64,000 nt of DNA. It comes from a virus. The stretch lies in the IMG/VR virus record IMGVR_UViG_3300036985_003683, positions 23,019 through 87,018 of that record; one strand, written 5' to 3'. Each line of letters begins with the position of its first letter. The stretch's first letter is position 1. A model generated the notes under the pieces. That model ran no database searches. It was not told the DNA's origin and saw only the letters and a program-made list of their open reading frames with translations. A program made the position numbers and the translations under genes. Below are positions 17,694-27,002 of this stretch, one piece after another.

Positions 17694-19517
17694 CTAGGAA
17701 CTTTCCTCAGAACGTATCCGTACGGGTGCTAACGCGTGAGATTCATCCATCTCAGTGAACGTAGCTCGGTCACCGTCAAAATACAGAACAGCTTGCCCAC
17801 CTGCACGATAGCGTGAAGCTGGACACCTGATGAGAACTTCTGGTGAGAAAGACTCACGTTCTTCCGTCACAATGTCTTCCTCGGTGATAGTCTCGTCCGA
17901 GCTATGTGAGGGCTTACGCCAAAGCGATAGCATGCCGTCAGCGTCTGCGATGATGGAGCCTGACCCACTAGGATCATACATACCTGGAGATGAACGTGGA
18001 TCCATCTTTCTAGGTTGGACTACTAGCAGAATAGCTATGTCCAAGTCCATAGCCAATTCCTTGAAGCCCCTGGAGACGTGTGCTTGCTCCTGGAAGGTGT
18101 TTTCAACACTTCGACACAGCAGCTGCAGGTTGTCGAAACACACTAGTTTCACACCGTGACGTTTAGCACTGTATACGATCACTTCCTTTATGTGCTCGAA
18201 CGTCCACTCCTTAGGTACTGCACCGTAGAAGAAGGGCACTTCTCGAAACTTCAGTTTGGTCATCTTCACTTCGAGTGAAGTGATATCGGACCTACTGGAG
18301 AGTGTTGCACCCGCGACTAGTGACTGTGCCAAACGCCACAGGGGCATTTCCAGACAGTACATCATAGTTGGAACGCGGTGGACCTGTGCTAACCATGCCA
18401 GCCACTGCTGAGCTAGGGTGGTCTTACCAGTTTTGGGAATGGCTTGGAGCAGCATCACTTCCCCTGGAGATATCATGCCGATCACGTGATTGACAGACGC
18501 CCAAGGAGAAGCGTATCCAGTCTCTACAGATCCGAAACTGGTAATGTGGTTCTCCAGTTCCGTCAGCGCAGTCATCACGGAGGCTACTTCACCCTTGCCA
18601 CACTGTTTTGCTTCAGAGATGCAGGCGTCGAGTTTCTTCTTGGCGTCTTCATATCCGAACTTGACTAGGAGCTCATTGATGTCCATTCCGTTAGGAATGC
18701 GCACATCGTAACAGCGCTCTTCTCCCAAACGCGTGGAGATCTTCTTCACTCCAGCTCGACCTGCGGCATCGGGGTCCAATATGAAGTACACGCGTTCGAA
18801 GCCAATTAGGTCATCCCAGTGCTCTGGCGAGAAGTTGTCTGCCCCTTGAGGTAGACTGACCATGTTGGGATAGCCCATCATCACGCCCGAGATGCAGTCT
18901 ATCTCGCCCTCGACCACTATGACTGACTTCAGTCCGGGAGCTTTCAGAGCATCCCTATTGAAGAGAGGCTTCTCGTGTTTGGCCTTTATCTGGAAGGCCT
19001 TCTCAGCAGGTGGGAGGGACCTGTACTTGATGTTGACGCATACGCCGTCACTGAAATAGGGAAGGGTAAGGAATCTTCCTTCCTCCTTATACGCCACTCC
19101 CAATCTGAATGCACTAATGGCATCCTCGCCTAACATTCGGGCATATAGCCACTGCTTGGCGGATATGTCATTCGACAGTTGGATAGCGTTTAGTTGCAGT
19201 TCCTCGGGAGACACCACATCGTATGAGATGTCGTCGCCCCAAGCCTCAGCAACTGCTGAAGGTGGTTCTATGTCACCACAATGGCGCTTAAGTGTGAGAA
19301 CATTGCCTCTCTCACCGCACTTGAAGCATTGCCATAGGCCCATTCTACGATTGATGCTGAATCGTGACTTAGCATCGCTACACAGGGGACAGATCCTTAC
19401 CACTATCTCGTCGTTCTCGATGTGGTAGTCCCATCCCTTGGAGTCTACATACGCCTGAGCGTCTTCCGTCGACATTACAGCTGACCCTTCTTTGTGATTC
19501 CACCTAAGTGACTTCAC
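17694..19517 (-). CDS. Primase-helicase (T7 gp4/Twinkle type)
   Basis: CPLC..CFKC Zn finger, TOPRIM VEGEID/DPDAAG, Walker A PKTGKTT, FDNLQ, GSGSIIADAD. Confidence 0.92.
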   Translation of the reverse strand: MKSLRWNHKEGSAVMSTEDAQAYVDSKGWDYHIENDEIVVRICPLCSDAKSRFSINRRMGLWQCFKCGERGNVLTLKRHCGDIEPPSAVAEAWGDDISYDVVSPEELQLNAIQLSNDISAKQWLYARMLGEDAISAFRLGVAYKEEGRFLTLPYFSDGVCVNIKYRSLPPAEKAFQIKAKHEKPLFNRDALKAPGLKSVIVVEGEIDCISGVMMGYPNMVSLPQGADNFSPEHWDDLIGFERVYFILDPDAAGRAGVKKISTRLGEERCYDVRIPNGMDINELLVKFGYEDAKKKLDACISEAKQCGKGEVASVMTALTELENHITSFGSVETGYASPWASVNHVIGMISPGEVMLLQAIPKTGKTTLAQQWLAWLAQVHRVPTMMYCLEMPLWRLAQSLVAGATLSSRSDITSLEVKMTKLKFREVPFFYGAVPKEWTFEHIKEVIVYSAKRHGVKLVCFDNLQLLCRSVENTFQEQAHVSRGFKELAMDLDIAILLVVQPRKMDPRSSPGMYDPSGSGSIIADADGMLSLWRKPSHSSDETITEEDIVTEERESFSPEVLIRCPASRYRAGGQAVLYFDGDRATFTEMDESHALAPVRIRSEESS

Positions 19518-20086
19518 TTCAGTGACTTCACCTCAACTGGAGAGAATGCCATATCAACGAGCCTGCCTAGGATACTCACAGAGACTGTTATGACGTCTGT
19601 AGTGATTTCGGCCACTCGTCCTGTATGATGCATCAATGGACCAGATACAATTTCAACCTCGTCGTCTACCCTTAGTGTGACGACATTATCCACTGAACGA
19701 TTGTGCATGTTCAACATGCGTGTGACATCCGCTTGAGGGATGCCGTCTAGAGCACTACTCACATCGGGAGATAGGAACCCTCCCACTCCCTTCACTTCGC
19801 GAACTGCCTCGACTAGATCAAAGTCAGCGTTTGCCACTCGTAAGAAGATGTAGCCCTGTGCTGCGGGTTCTGAGGCAACCACCGTCTTCTTGTTCACCAC
19901 CTTCCGCACACTGACCAGTGGGAGGAAGACTTCCAACAAACACTGATGCTCACTCATTAACTCGCGCAACTTAGCAGCAACCTGCACGTCATTCCCAGAA
20001 TGCGTCCAAACTACTAACCACTTACGCGGAAATCTCTTGACTTGCACCATAAACCTGTTCCCCCTAGTCAGTTCGCGACTTGTCAT
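19514..20086 (-). CDS. nusG: NusG-family transcription elongation factor
   Basis: WLVVWTHSG, GYIFL, VGGFL, KOW motif VEIVSGPL..G.V, ILGR. Confidence 0.85.
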   Translation of the reverse strand: MTSRELTRGNRFMVQVKRFPRKWLVVWTHSGNDVQVAAKLRELMSEHQCLLEVFLPLVSVRKVVNKKTVVASEPAAQGYIFLRVANADFDLVEAVREVKGVGGFLSPDVSSALDGIPQADVTRMLNMHNRSVDNVVTLRVDDEVEIVSGPLMHHTGRVAEITTDVITVSVSILGRLVDMAFSPVEVKSLK

Positions 20087-20822
20087 ATTCTTCCTCTAGC
20101 GAGATAATATACGCTTCTTGCTGATTAGAATTCATCGCTGAATACTTGACGTGGTCGATCGCTGATTTCACCCAAGTGGAGCGAGCTAGTGCCTGTGTGT
20201 GTACCTGTGTGGGTCTTCTCTCCACTTTCACTGTCGCCGCCTTGGGCTGTGTTGTAGCTGGAGAGTGAGAGCGTGCAGAGTCATTCCTAATGATACCCCT
20301 AGCGTACGCTTCACCATACTGACTAGCTTCAGAAAGTCCATGGTAAGTTCTCAATCCCCGAATTACCACTTCTCGTTCGAATGTGTTGTAATACTCCAAT
20401 TCGTCTAGCTTCTGGAGTGGAGTCAAATCGGGCTTGCCACGTTTGCCTGCGAATAGTACAAAAGTGGACCCTATGATCCTCCGCTCCAAATCCGTGTATC
20501 TGCCTAGTAGTACTTCTATCACATCTGTGGGTGTAGACTGGTGACCCCAAAGGGTCTCACATAGTACAGTCTGTCCTAGCACAAATCTACCTAGACGCTG
20601 ATGTCCCTTAATCCAATGTGAATTCCTCAACTCGGTGGTCTCAGTCTTGTAGCCCTCGTGGTTGGGCAAATCGCATATGACCATTCCCTCATCATGGGAG
20701 CGTATGTTACACATGAATAGGTAGAGTTCCTGAGCCCTGCTGCTAACCGCGCGTGGTTGTGGCATCGTAATTCTCTGTGATGATAGCACTAACGGCTGCA
20801 TAGTGACCCCTACGTTGGTCAC
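20064..20822 (-). CDS. Hypothetical protein
   Basis: Tiles between the helicase and nusG; true start is probably downstream (MPQPRAV). Confidence 0.55.
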   Translation of the reverse strand: MTNVGVTMQPLVLSSQRITMPQPRAVSSRAQELYLFMCNIRSHDEGMVICDLPNHEGYKTETTELRNSHWIKGHQRLGRFVLGQTVLCETLWGHQSTPTDVIEVLLGRYTDLERRIIGSTFVLFAGKRGKPDLTPLQKLDELEYYNTFEREVVIRGLRTYHGLSEASQYGEAYARGIIRNDSARSHSPATTQPKAATVKVERRPTQVHTQALARSTWVKSAIDHVKYSAMNSNQQEAYIISLEEEYDKSRTD

Positions 20823-22191
20823 TGTGTTGCAGCAGTTTGGGATGGTGATTATCTACAAAGTCGTGAATGTGTACTTCACCTCCCCATCCATCCTCGTGTT
20901 GACCAATGTCTGTAGGGCGCATTCCACGACCTATACGCTGTTTCACTATGATAGCTGCCTTTAGCCCTCCACCGATGACAACTCTTCTCACCGCTGGAAT
21001 ATCCTGCCCTTCTCCTGCAACTCCATCCGTAGCTATCAGGATCAGGAGATCCCCACTCCGCAAACGTGCGTAATACGTGTCTCGCACTGACTGTGGAGTA
21101 TCTCCATTCATGAATTCGTGAAAGCCATTGACCCCAATGCTCTCAGACAGTGCGTCGTAGATCTTCCTACCGTGATCGATACTGGATACGAAAACGATAC
21201 ACGCAGTCTTCTCCGTCACACTACGCATGGAGCGTTCAACTATGTGAACGTTCCGGACTGCGTTCTCGACTATTCCCAATCTGTAAACGTCAGGCCAAGC
21301 AGAAGCTATGATAGGTTTCCGAGGTGTATGAATCATCTCTACATGGGGTCTGGAGAGGAATCCTCGAACCTCCTCAGCTTCCCTCTCGTAGATAACATCC
21401 CCACAACATCCCATCAACTCCAGTGTGGACTTGTCTGAACGTTCGAAGGGGGTTGCAGATGCCCCAAATCTGTAGGCAGCTGGTATGGCCATAGCTGTCT
21501 CATACCAGGTATCAGCAGCTCCGTGGTGACACTCATCTAGCACCAGTACCTGGATCTGTTTGAACCACCAGGCTAGCTGATCTCTACGCCTGTGTAGTGA
21601 CTGGACCAATCCCACAGTCCAACGCTTGATAGTCTTCTCCTCCCCGCTGAACATGCCCACTTCGCGGTTGGGTGACACTCCCATCTCGATGTTCTTCCGA
21701 GTCTGTCTTGCGAGTGCTCCTTCATGGGTTATCCACAGAGTTGGCAAATCCAAAGCAGCCAATATACCAATCAGCGTCTTGGTCTTACCTGCGCCTGTGG
21801 GCAGTCTCAATACTCCTCGTCGACTCGCGAGTGCTATACCTGAGCCCTCCACTTGATACTCGCGCATCTCAAAAGATACAGAGGTGGGGTCCACTTCCAT
21901 AGGTCGGTTGGGATATACGCGAGTGTCCTCTATGTGTACACGTTGAAAGTTCTGTGCCTGGAGTCGGGTTACCACGTGCTGCAGTATACCTGCTGGGAAT
22001 CTGCCCTCGTGAGCATTTCGCGTCTTCTTAAGAAGGCACTTCTTCCCGTCCCAGAAGCCTTGTTGAAAGAGCTCGGACATCCAAGCGTCTGCAGTGGCGT
22101 AACTGCACGCTTCTGTGAGTGCTAAATGCTCCTCGGGATCAAACTCCCAAGTGGCAACACACCAATCATGACCTATGCGTATGGTTATCAA
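20743..22191 (-). CDS. Superfamily 2 DEAH/DECH helicase (UvsW/XPB-like)
   Basis: REYQ, PTGAGKT, LDECHH, SATP, GEGQDIP, QRIGRGMR. Confidence 0.92.
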   Translation of the reverse strand: MITIRIGHDWCVATWEFDPEEHLALTEACSYATADAWMSELFQQGFWDGKKCLLKKTRNAHEGRFPAGILQHVVTRLQAQNFQRVHIEDTRVYPNRPMEVDPTSVSFEMREYQVEGSGIALASRRGVLRLPTGAGKTKTLIGILAALDLPTLWITHEGALARQTRKNIEMGVSPNREVGMFSGEEKTIKRWTVGLVQSLHRRRDQLAWWFKQIQVLVLDECHHGAADTWYETAMAIPAAYRFGASATPFERSDKSTLELMGCCGDVIYEREAEEVRGFLSRPHVEMIHTPRKPIIASAWPDVYRLGIVENAVRNVHIVERSMRSVTEKTACIVFVSSIDHGRKIYDALSESIGVNGFHEFMNGDTPQSVRDTYYARLRSGDLLILIATDGVAGEGQDIPAVRRVVIGGGLKAAIIVKQRIGRGMRPTDIGQHEDGWGGEVHIHDFVDNHHPKLLQHSDQRRGHYAAVSAIITENYDATTTRG

Positions 22192-22426
22192 AAATCAACC
22201 CTTTCGCACAATGCTTGCATACAGACTTGCCTAGAAGGCGTACAAGTGTGTCGTCGGAATTTTCGTAAATGACGCAAGTGCCTGGTATGACCTTGTCGTC
22301 GTGAATGAGCCTCCTGCCACATTGAGAGCATCCACATAGTAGGTGAATGCGCTGGATTGCTCCTAGGGTAGCTAGTCTGAGCGTATCCTCGGAGTCTATA
22401 TCATTCCAGAAATCTGAGACAGTCAT
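22166..22426 (-). CDS. Small Cys-rich hypothetical protein
   Basis: CSQC...CKHC; ATG 22426 after GGAGG, with GGTATAAT at 22477-22484. Confidence 0.5.
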   Translation of the reverse strand: MTVSDFWNDIDSEDTLRLATLGAIQRIHLLCGCSQCGRRLIHDDKVIPGTCVIYENSDDTLVRLLGKSVCKHCAKGLIFDNHTHRS

Positions 22427-23262
22427 CGGACCTCCAAATACTCCCTGATAGAATTGGTTATTAAAGGTAGAGACCAATTATACCTCGTCGACAAATTAAA
22501 TACGTTGTGTTCAAGTGTTCCCACTGATGTCCCCGTTACCTCACGCGAAGACCCATACTCCTTAACTATGTCGCGTGCGAAACTGTACCAAGAGTAGTCA
22601 CGCAGATGTGGTGGAGCTATATGTACTATGCGTGGGACGTAATCCGTCACCACCAATTCCGCGAATACGTCAGCGATGTGGGGACAGTATCCTGGGCTGC
22701 ATCCCATATTGGATGGAAACTCCAGGGGCTCGCCACTCTCCACCTTACGAAGTACCTGTTCAACGAAATTGGGACGTGACTTACCTCTACAGGGGGAGGG
22801 TCCATACAGGGCCGAAACACGGACGACTGTGTTTTGGTGCCTCAACAGCGTTTCGCTAGCTCTCTTGCTGTCAGAGTACACTGACTTGTGACTGATACTG
22901 GTCTCAGTGTCCTCGTAGCAAACCCCCGGAGAGGAAAATACCATATCCGTACTGACGTGAAACAGCTTGGCGGATACCTTCCGTGCAGTGTGATCCATCA
23001 CTGCCACTGCTAGGGTGTTCACTGCACGAGTGGTGGTGGGCTGCAGTTCACACTTGGCTATATCATGCATAGCTGCGCAATTGATGATTACGTTGGGGTT
23101 CTCTGCTATGATGTACTCTTGCAGTCCGAACAGATCGGTCACATCGCATTCCGAATGAGTGGGAGTGATCAGATAGTGACCCCTCTCCAGCAATCGGCTA
23201 GATATGGCGCTTCCCAATTGACCTTGCGCACCCAGTACTAGAATCCTCATGTTGTGACTCAC
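22423..23262 (-). CDS. rmlD: dTDP-4-dehydrorhamnose reductase-like
   Basis: GAQGQLG, INCAA, VSTDMVF, YSDSKRASE. Confidence 0.85.
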   Translation of the reverse strand: MSHNMRILVLGAQGQLGSAISSRLLERGHYLITPTHSECDVTDLFGLQEYIIAENPNVIINCAAMHDIAKCELQPTTTRAVNTLAVAVMDHTARKVSAKLFHVSTDMVFSSPGVCYEDTETSISHKSVYSDSKRASETLLRHQNTVVRVSALYGPSPCRGKSRPNFVEQVLRKVESGEPLEFPSNMGCSPGYCPHIADVFAELVVTDYVPRIVHIAPPHLRDYSWYSFARDIVKEYGSSREVTGTSVGTLEHNVFNLSTRYNWSLPLITNSIREYLEVR

Positions 23263-23384
23263 TTCTACGATACACCTTGAGAGTGGACATAATTACCACA
23301 AACGCGAAAAGGAACGAAGCCCCCATAAGGAAGAAGCCTCCGTGCACATATAGACTTCCATTTTCGTACGAAAACACATGCATA

Positions 23385-24371
23385 TCATACTCCAGGTGGT
23401 AGATAGAGGTCGCGAATCCAATGGCGCATTCGTACGACTTCATGCATCCAAGGAACATTGCGACTGGTTGGTTCGTTGAAGTTAAATCGGGAGTGCAGCA
23501 ACTCCTTCACGGCATAATCAATAGTGAGTTGTGCTTGCAGACCTAGGGAAGTAGCTCTCTCACATGTCATGTGATACGAACGAGCACTTCCAGAATCGTT
23601 CCCCTCCATGATTTCAATCGCAGGTGCACCAGTGTGTAGTCCCACCAATCGAGCGATATCCAACATGGTGTAGTTATGCTTGCACAAGTTGATGGTAGTG
23701 GGTACCTTCATCCTGTCTAGCAGCATCATCATGAGTGTTGCGTAGGCGTTCACAGCGTCTGTGACATGTAGGAGAGGTCGCTCAGTGTTGGGTCCCCAAA
23801 CACGTATCTTACTCTCATTGGCCGCAGAGGCCGTCATAGCATTTACTACCAAATCCATACGTGTACGCTCAGACCCCAATCCCATAAGTGTCCCCTTTCG
23901 AAGACAGGTATAGTCATGGGGTCTCAGCTTTCTCGCGATGTATTGCTCAGCTGCCCACTTGAGTTTGCCATAGTCACAGATAGGTGTTGGATCAGTCTCA
24001 TCTCCCACTACGTCTTGAGAAAAACCATACACGCTTGCGGTAGATGCAAAGACCAGTGGAATACGCTTACCAGTCTCAAGAATCATATCCACTAGATGTC
24101 TGGTTTCCGAGAGTGAGAACTTCTGCAGGTTCTGAAAGTCACTCCCTGCGGATGAGAACCACGCCAGATGGAAGATGCCGTCGTACTCTTTCAACTCCCA
24201 GGATTCCAGTGTGCCCACAGTGCGATTGGATATCCTTGCAGGGTACGTAAACCACCCCGCGTCCAAACAGTCCACCTCCATGCCACTCGCAATGAGGAGC
24301 TTCACTAGACCCGCCCCAACGTATCCACTCGACCCTGTGACTAGGAACTTCATTTTGGTCTCACTTCCCAA
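23385..24371 (-). CDS. NAD-dependent nucleotide-sugar epimerase/dehydratase
   Basis: TGSSGYVG, HLA, ASTASVYG, YGKLK, RMDLVVNAM. Confidence 0.88.
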   Translation of the reverse strand: MGSETKMKFLVTGSSGYVGAGLVKLLIASGMEVDCLDAGWFTYPARISNRTVGTLESWELKEYDGIFHLAWFSSAGSDFQNLQKFSLSETRHLVDMILETGKRIPLVFASTASVYGFSQDVVGDETDPTPICDYGKLKWAAEQYIARKLRPHDYTCLRKGTLMGLGSERTRMDLVVNAMTASAANESKIRVWGPNTERPLLHVTDAVNAYATLMMMLLDRMKVPTTINLCKHNYTMLDIARLVGLHTGAPAIEIMEGNDSGSARSYHMTCERATSLGLQAQLTIDYAVKELLHSRFNFNEPTSRNVPWMHEVVRMRHWIRDLYLPPGV

Positions 24372-24952
24372 TAGACTCCAGATGTCTTGAACGCATCATA
24401 CGAAATGCGTTCCTCATCTGGCTTGTTACGGTCGTACACTTCTGAACCAGTGCACACCATGATTGTGTTAGGTGTCAGGGACTGCCAGCCGTGCCAGAAC
24501 CCCGGCGGAATGGTCAACCTCTGCATAGGCGCTGCCGACAGGATGAACTGACGTGCTTCACCCTCTGGAGATACGACCCACACACGGGCCTTACCGTTCA
24601 CTATTGTGAAGAAGTCCCACAGTTTCTCGTGTCGATGGAACGCCCGGATGGTCATGGCCTGTTCATTGCGTACAATGTACGTTTGGCCAAAGTTACCAAC
24701 CTGAAGTGGAACTTCCACCCGAGCAGGCGTACCCTCAATCGGAAGGAGTACTGGTCCCTCCTTACGGTGTACGACTGACTCTGCCCTGAAGTATTCCACC
24801 GTGGGTAGATCGTAGTTGTGTACAATCTCAGTCAGATCTCCCCGATCGTCGTGCAATGTTGTCAAAGCCTCAAGGAGAGGCCCGTTCTGCTTAATCATCC
24901 CAATCTCCATTAGTAGGTCGTACCAAAAATTATACCCGTGACACCAGTTCAA
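24350..24952 (-). CDS. rmlC: dTDP-4-dehydrorhamnose 3,5-epimerase-like cupin
   Basis: DDRG, IRAFHRH, IPPGFWHGW, PDEER. Confidence 0.8.
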   Translation of the reverse strand: MNWCHGYNFWYDLLMEIGMIKQNGPLLEALTTLHDDRGDLTEIVHNYDLPTVEYFRAESVVHRKEGPVLLPIEGTPARVEVPLQVGNFGQTYIVRNEQAMTIRAFHRHEKLWDFFTIVNGKARVWVVSPEGEARQFILSAAPMQRLTIPPGFWHGWQSLTPNTIMVCTGSEVYDRNKPDEERISYDAFKTSGVYWEVRPK

Positions 24953-27002
24953 TTAGAGGCTGAACTACGCGAGGAGTTACTTGTTCCCTCAATACGTCAT
25001 TCAACCTCTTCCATCCATCCATCTCGCGTTGCTTGCTATCGCGCATCAGTTCTTCCAGTCTTTCTGCCCAGTTGGTTCCTTCCTTCAGGGTAACTATGGG
25101 CATCCCAAGTGACGCAGCCTTGGCAGCTTTGTTACTGCCCTTGTTGCGGTAGGAACTCCATTCCAATTTGGGATCTAGGAAGATGTCACACTCCATAATC
25201 AGGGCGTTCTCTGTAGCCAGTGTCCAACGTTTCCACTCCCACGGAAATGGGATCCGAAGATCGCACCCTTCAGAGATGATCCGCACGGTCTGTGAGTACT
25301 TTTCACATAGCGCTGCGAGTTGGTTGGTGTATGCTAGTAGAGAGGTAATGTTCCCATGGTAGCCAGTCCACACGAGGCGTTTCGTAGCCGAGTAGGACGA
25401 CTTAACTGAGGGTGGAGAGGATATAGAGTCGGGTATGACGTATATGTCGGATTTAGGAGCCACCTGTTTTAACTCTAAAGATAGGGGGTGGGAAGGCACA
25501 AGGAAGGTTACCCCCCTGGCTCCCAAGCGTCTAATCACTTGCAAGTAGTCGTGTGAGGACATTCCACCAAGGAGATAGTCGGGAGACCAGTAGGTAACAC
25601 AGATATCCAACAACACCTTCTTGCCACCATTCAGAAGGTGGTTAATCCAACCTTCGGCGGAGGGCGTAGGAGCACACACAAAGATGAACACGTCATACGA
25701 CCTCCACTCACGTCTCAACGTATCCAAATCGCCTATGTCACAAAGTGGAATGTGAGGAGCAACCTGGTATCCCCTAATGCGCGGACCCGCTAGGTTATTG
25801 TCCAACACTCCACCGGAGTTGAGTGGTAGGAGTAGAGAGCGTGGCATGGGTGGGAACGCCCTGTGACTCTTGTATATGGTCTCCTTGGTGGATGTGGACT
25901 CGGCATGTGTAACCGAGTTGGTTATTCCTGCTGCCCTGTTACGTATGTAGGGAGGTGAGAAGAACCCTACGCCCCTGTGACCCCTGTCTATCAAAGTCAG
26001 GTACAGGTCCCAGTCTTGCAACCTAGGGAGGAGGCTGTTGTATCGGGGCATAACACTCGCGCGGAACACTGAACAGATAATGATGCACGATCCCATAAGC
26101 GTTGCTGAGGGATCGCTACTGTTCATGTGTAGACTGGACCTTCCGTGGGTACACACTAACCCCCTCCATGCGGGATCGAAATGTGACTCTGCCCTGAGTT
26201 CCAAAGAGTGAGCTTCTTGGAGTGCTATCATCTCTTCAGTGAAGTGATCCTCGGGTATGGACCACCACTGTCGGGGGTACACATAATCGATTCCCTCATC
26301 AAAGGCGTCTAACGCTGTAGCCAAGTAGCGTGGAGGCATCACATCGTCACTATCGAAGCATATCAGGTAGTCTCCCACAGCGTGCTCTAAGCCAACGTTA
26401 CGAGCATAGGCAGCTCCACGTCTACGTCCGAGTTTGTGATATGAGTGAATACGTGGATCTGCCCTCCGTGTGACCTCCACCACTTCCTGAGACTGATCTT
26501 GAGAACAGTCGTCAACCACAATCACCTCTAGGCAGGTATGTGATTGTCCCAGTATTGAAGTAAGGCACTCAACTAGAAACTCTTCACAGTTGTGTGTAGG
26601 CACTACCACGGATACTAGTTTGTGTGAGCGCTCTCGTACACGTCTCAATACCTTACAACCCCACTGCAGCGTCTGTACCAGGTCCATCATTTCGGGTACT
26701 AGATCGTATCCCCACTTGTGAAGAAGACGCGAGTTCCATTCGGTGTGGAAGCCGTCTACGCAGTTCAATACCACGTACTCATGGTGAGAAAGGAACTGAG
26801 CCTGTTCCTCAGTCAACTTGGGACATGCATCCCACAATAGGAAGCACTGAGCACCCTCAAAGAAGGGCAACTGGTGCACACTGAGGTGCTTTTCCCAAAA
26901 GGGATTGCCTAGTGAGAAGAAGCCATCTACATCTAGACTGCCCAGTAGTTGTGAAGCTACGTGGCCGAATATGTCGGCGTCTGATGTTACGGTCGCAAAC
27001 AA
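24930..27002 (-). CDS. Multidomain glycosyltransferase (GT2 plus GT-B-like C-terminus)
   Basis: VSVVVPTHN, VVDDCS, ARNVGL, FDSDD, QDWDL; C-terminal RIRG..VWTG..CDI..KGSNK..GMP. Confidence 0.85.
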   Translation of the reverse strand: MFATVTSDADIFGHVASQLLGSLDVDGFFSLGNPFWEKHLSVHQLPFFEGAQCFLLWDACPKLTEEQAQFLSHHEYVVLNCVDGFHTEWNSRLLHKWGYDLVPEMMDLVQTLQWGCKVLRRVRERSHKLVSVVVPTHNCEEFLVECLTSILGQSHTCLEVIVVDDCSQDQSQEVVEVTRRADPRIHSYHKLGRRRGAAYARNVGLEHAVGDYLICFDSDDVMPPRYLATALDAFDEGIDYVYPRQWWSIPEDHFTEEMIALQEAHSLELRAESHFDPAWRGLVCTHGRSSLHMNSSDPSATLMGSCIIICSVFRASVMPRYNSLLPRLQDWDLYLTLIDRGHRGVGFFSPPYIRNRAAGITNSVTHAESTSTKETIYKSHRAFPPMPRSLLLPLNSGGVLDNNLAGPRIRGYQVAPHIPLCDIGDLDTLRREWRSYDVFIFVCAPTPSAEGWINHLLNGGKKVLLDICVTYWSPDYLLGGMSSHDYLQVIRRLGARGVTFLVPSHPLSLELKQVAPKSDIYVIPDSISSPPSVKSSYSATKRLVWTGYHGNITSLLAYTNQLAALCEKYSQTVRIISEGCDLRIPFPWEWKRWTLATENALIMECDIFLDPKLEWSSYRNKGSNKAAKAASLGMPIVTLKEGTNWAERLEELMRDSKQREMDGWKRLNDVLREQVTPRVVQPLIELVSRV

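Noticed and set aside
5168-19517. Inteins or introns in RNR, PolA or the helicase
   Set aside because: Protein lengths and motif spacing are normal; no splice-junction or homing endonuclease motifs seen.
23198-23458. Small hydrophobic ORF as a possible holin
   Set aside because: It has one hydrophobic stretch and a plausible RBS near 23390, but it overlaps both neighbours, sits among sugar enzymes and has no adjacent endolysin; support is insufficient.
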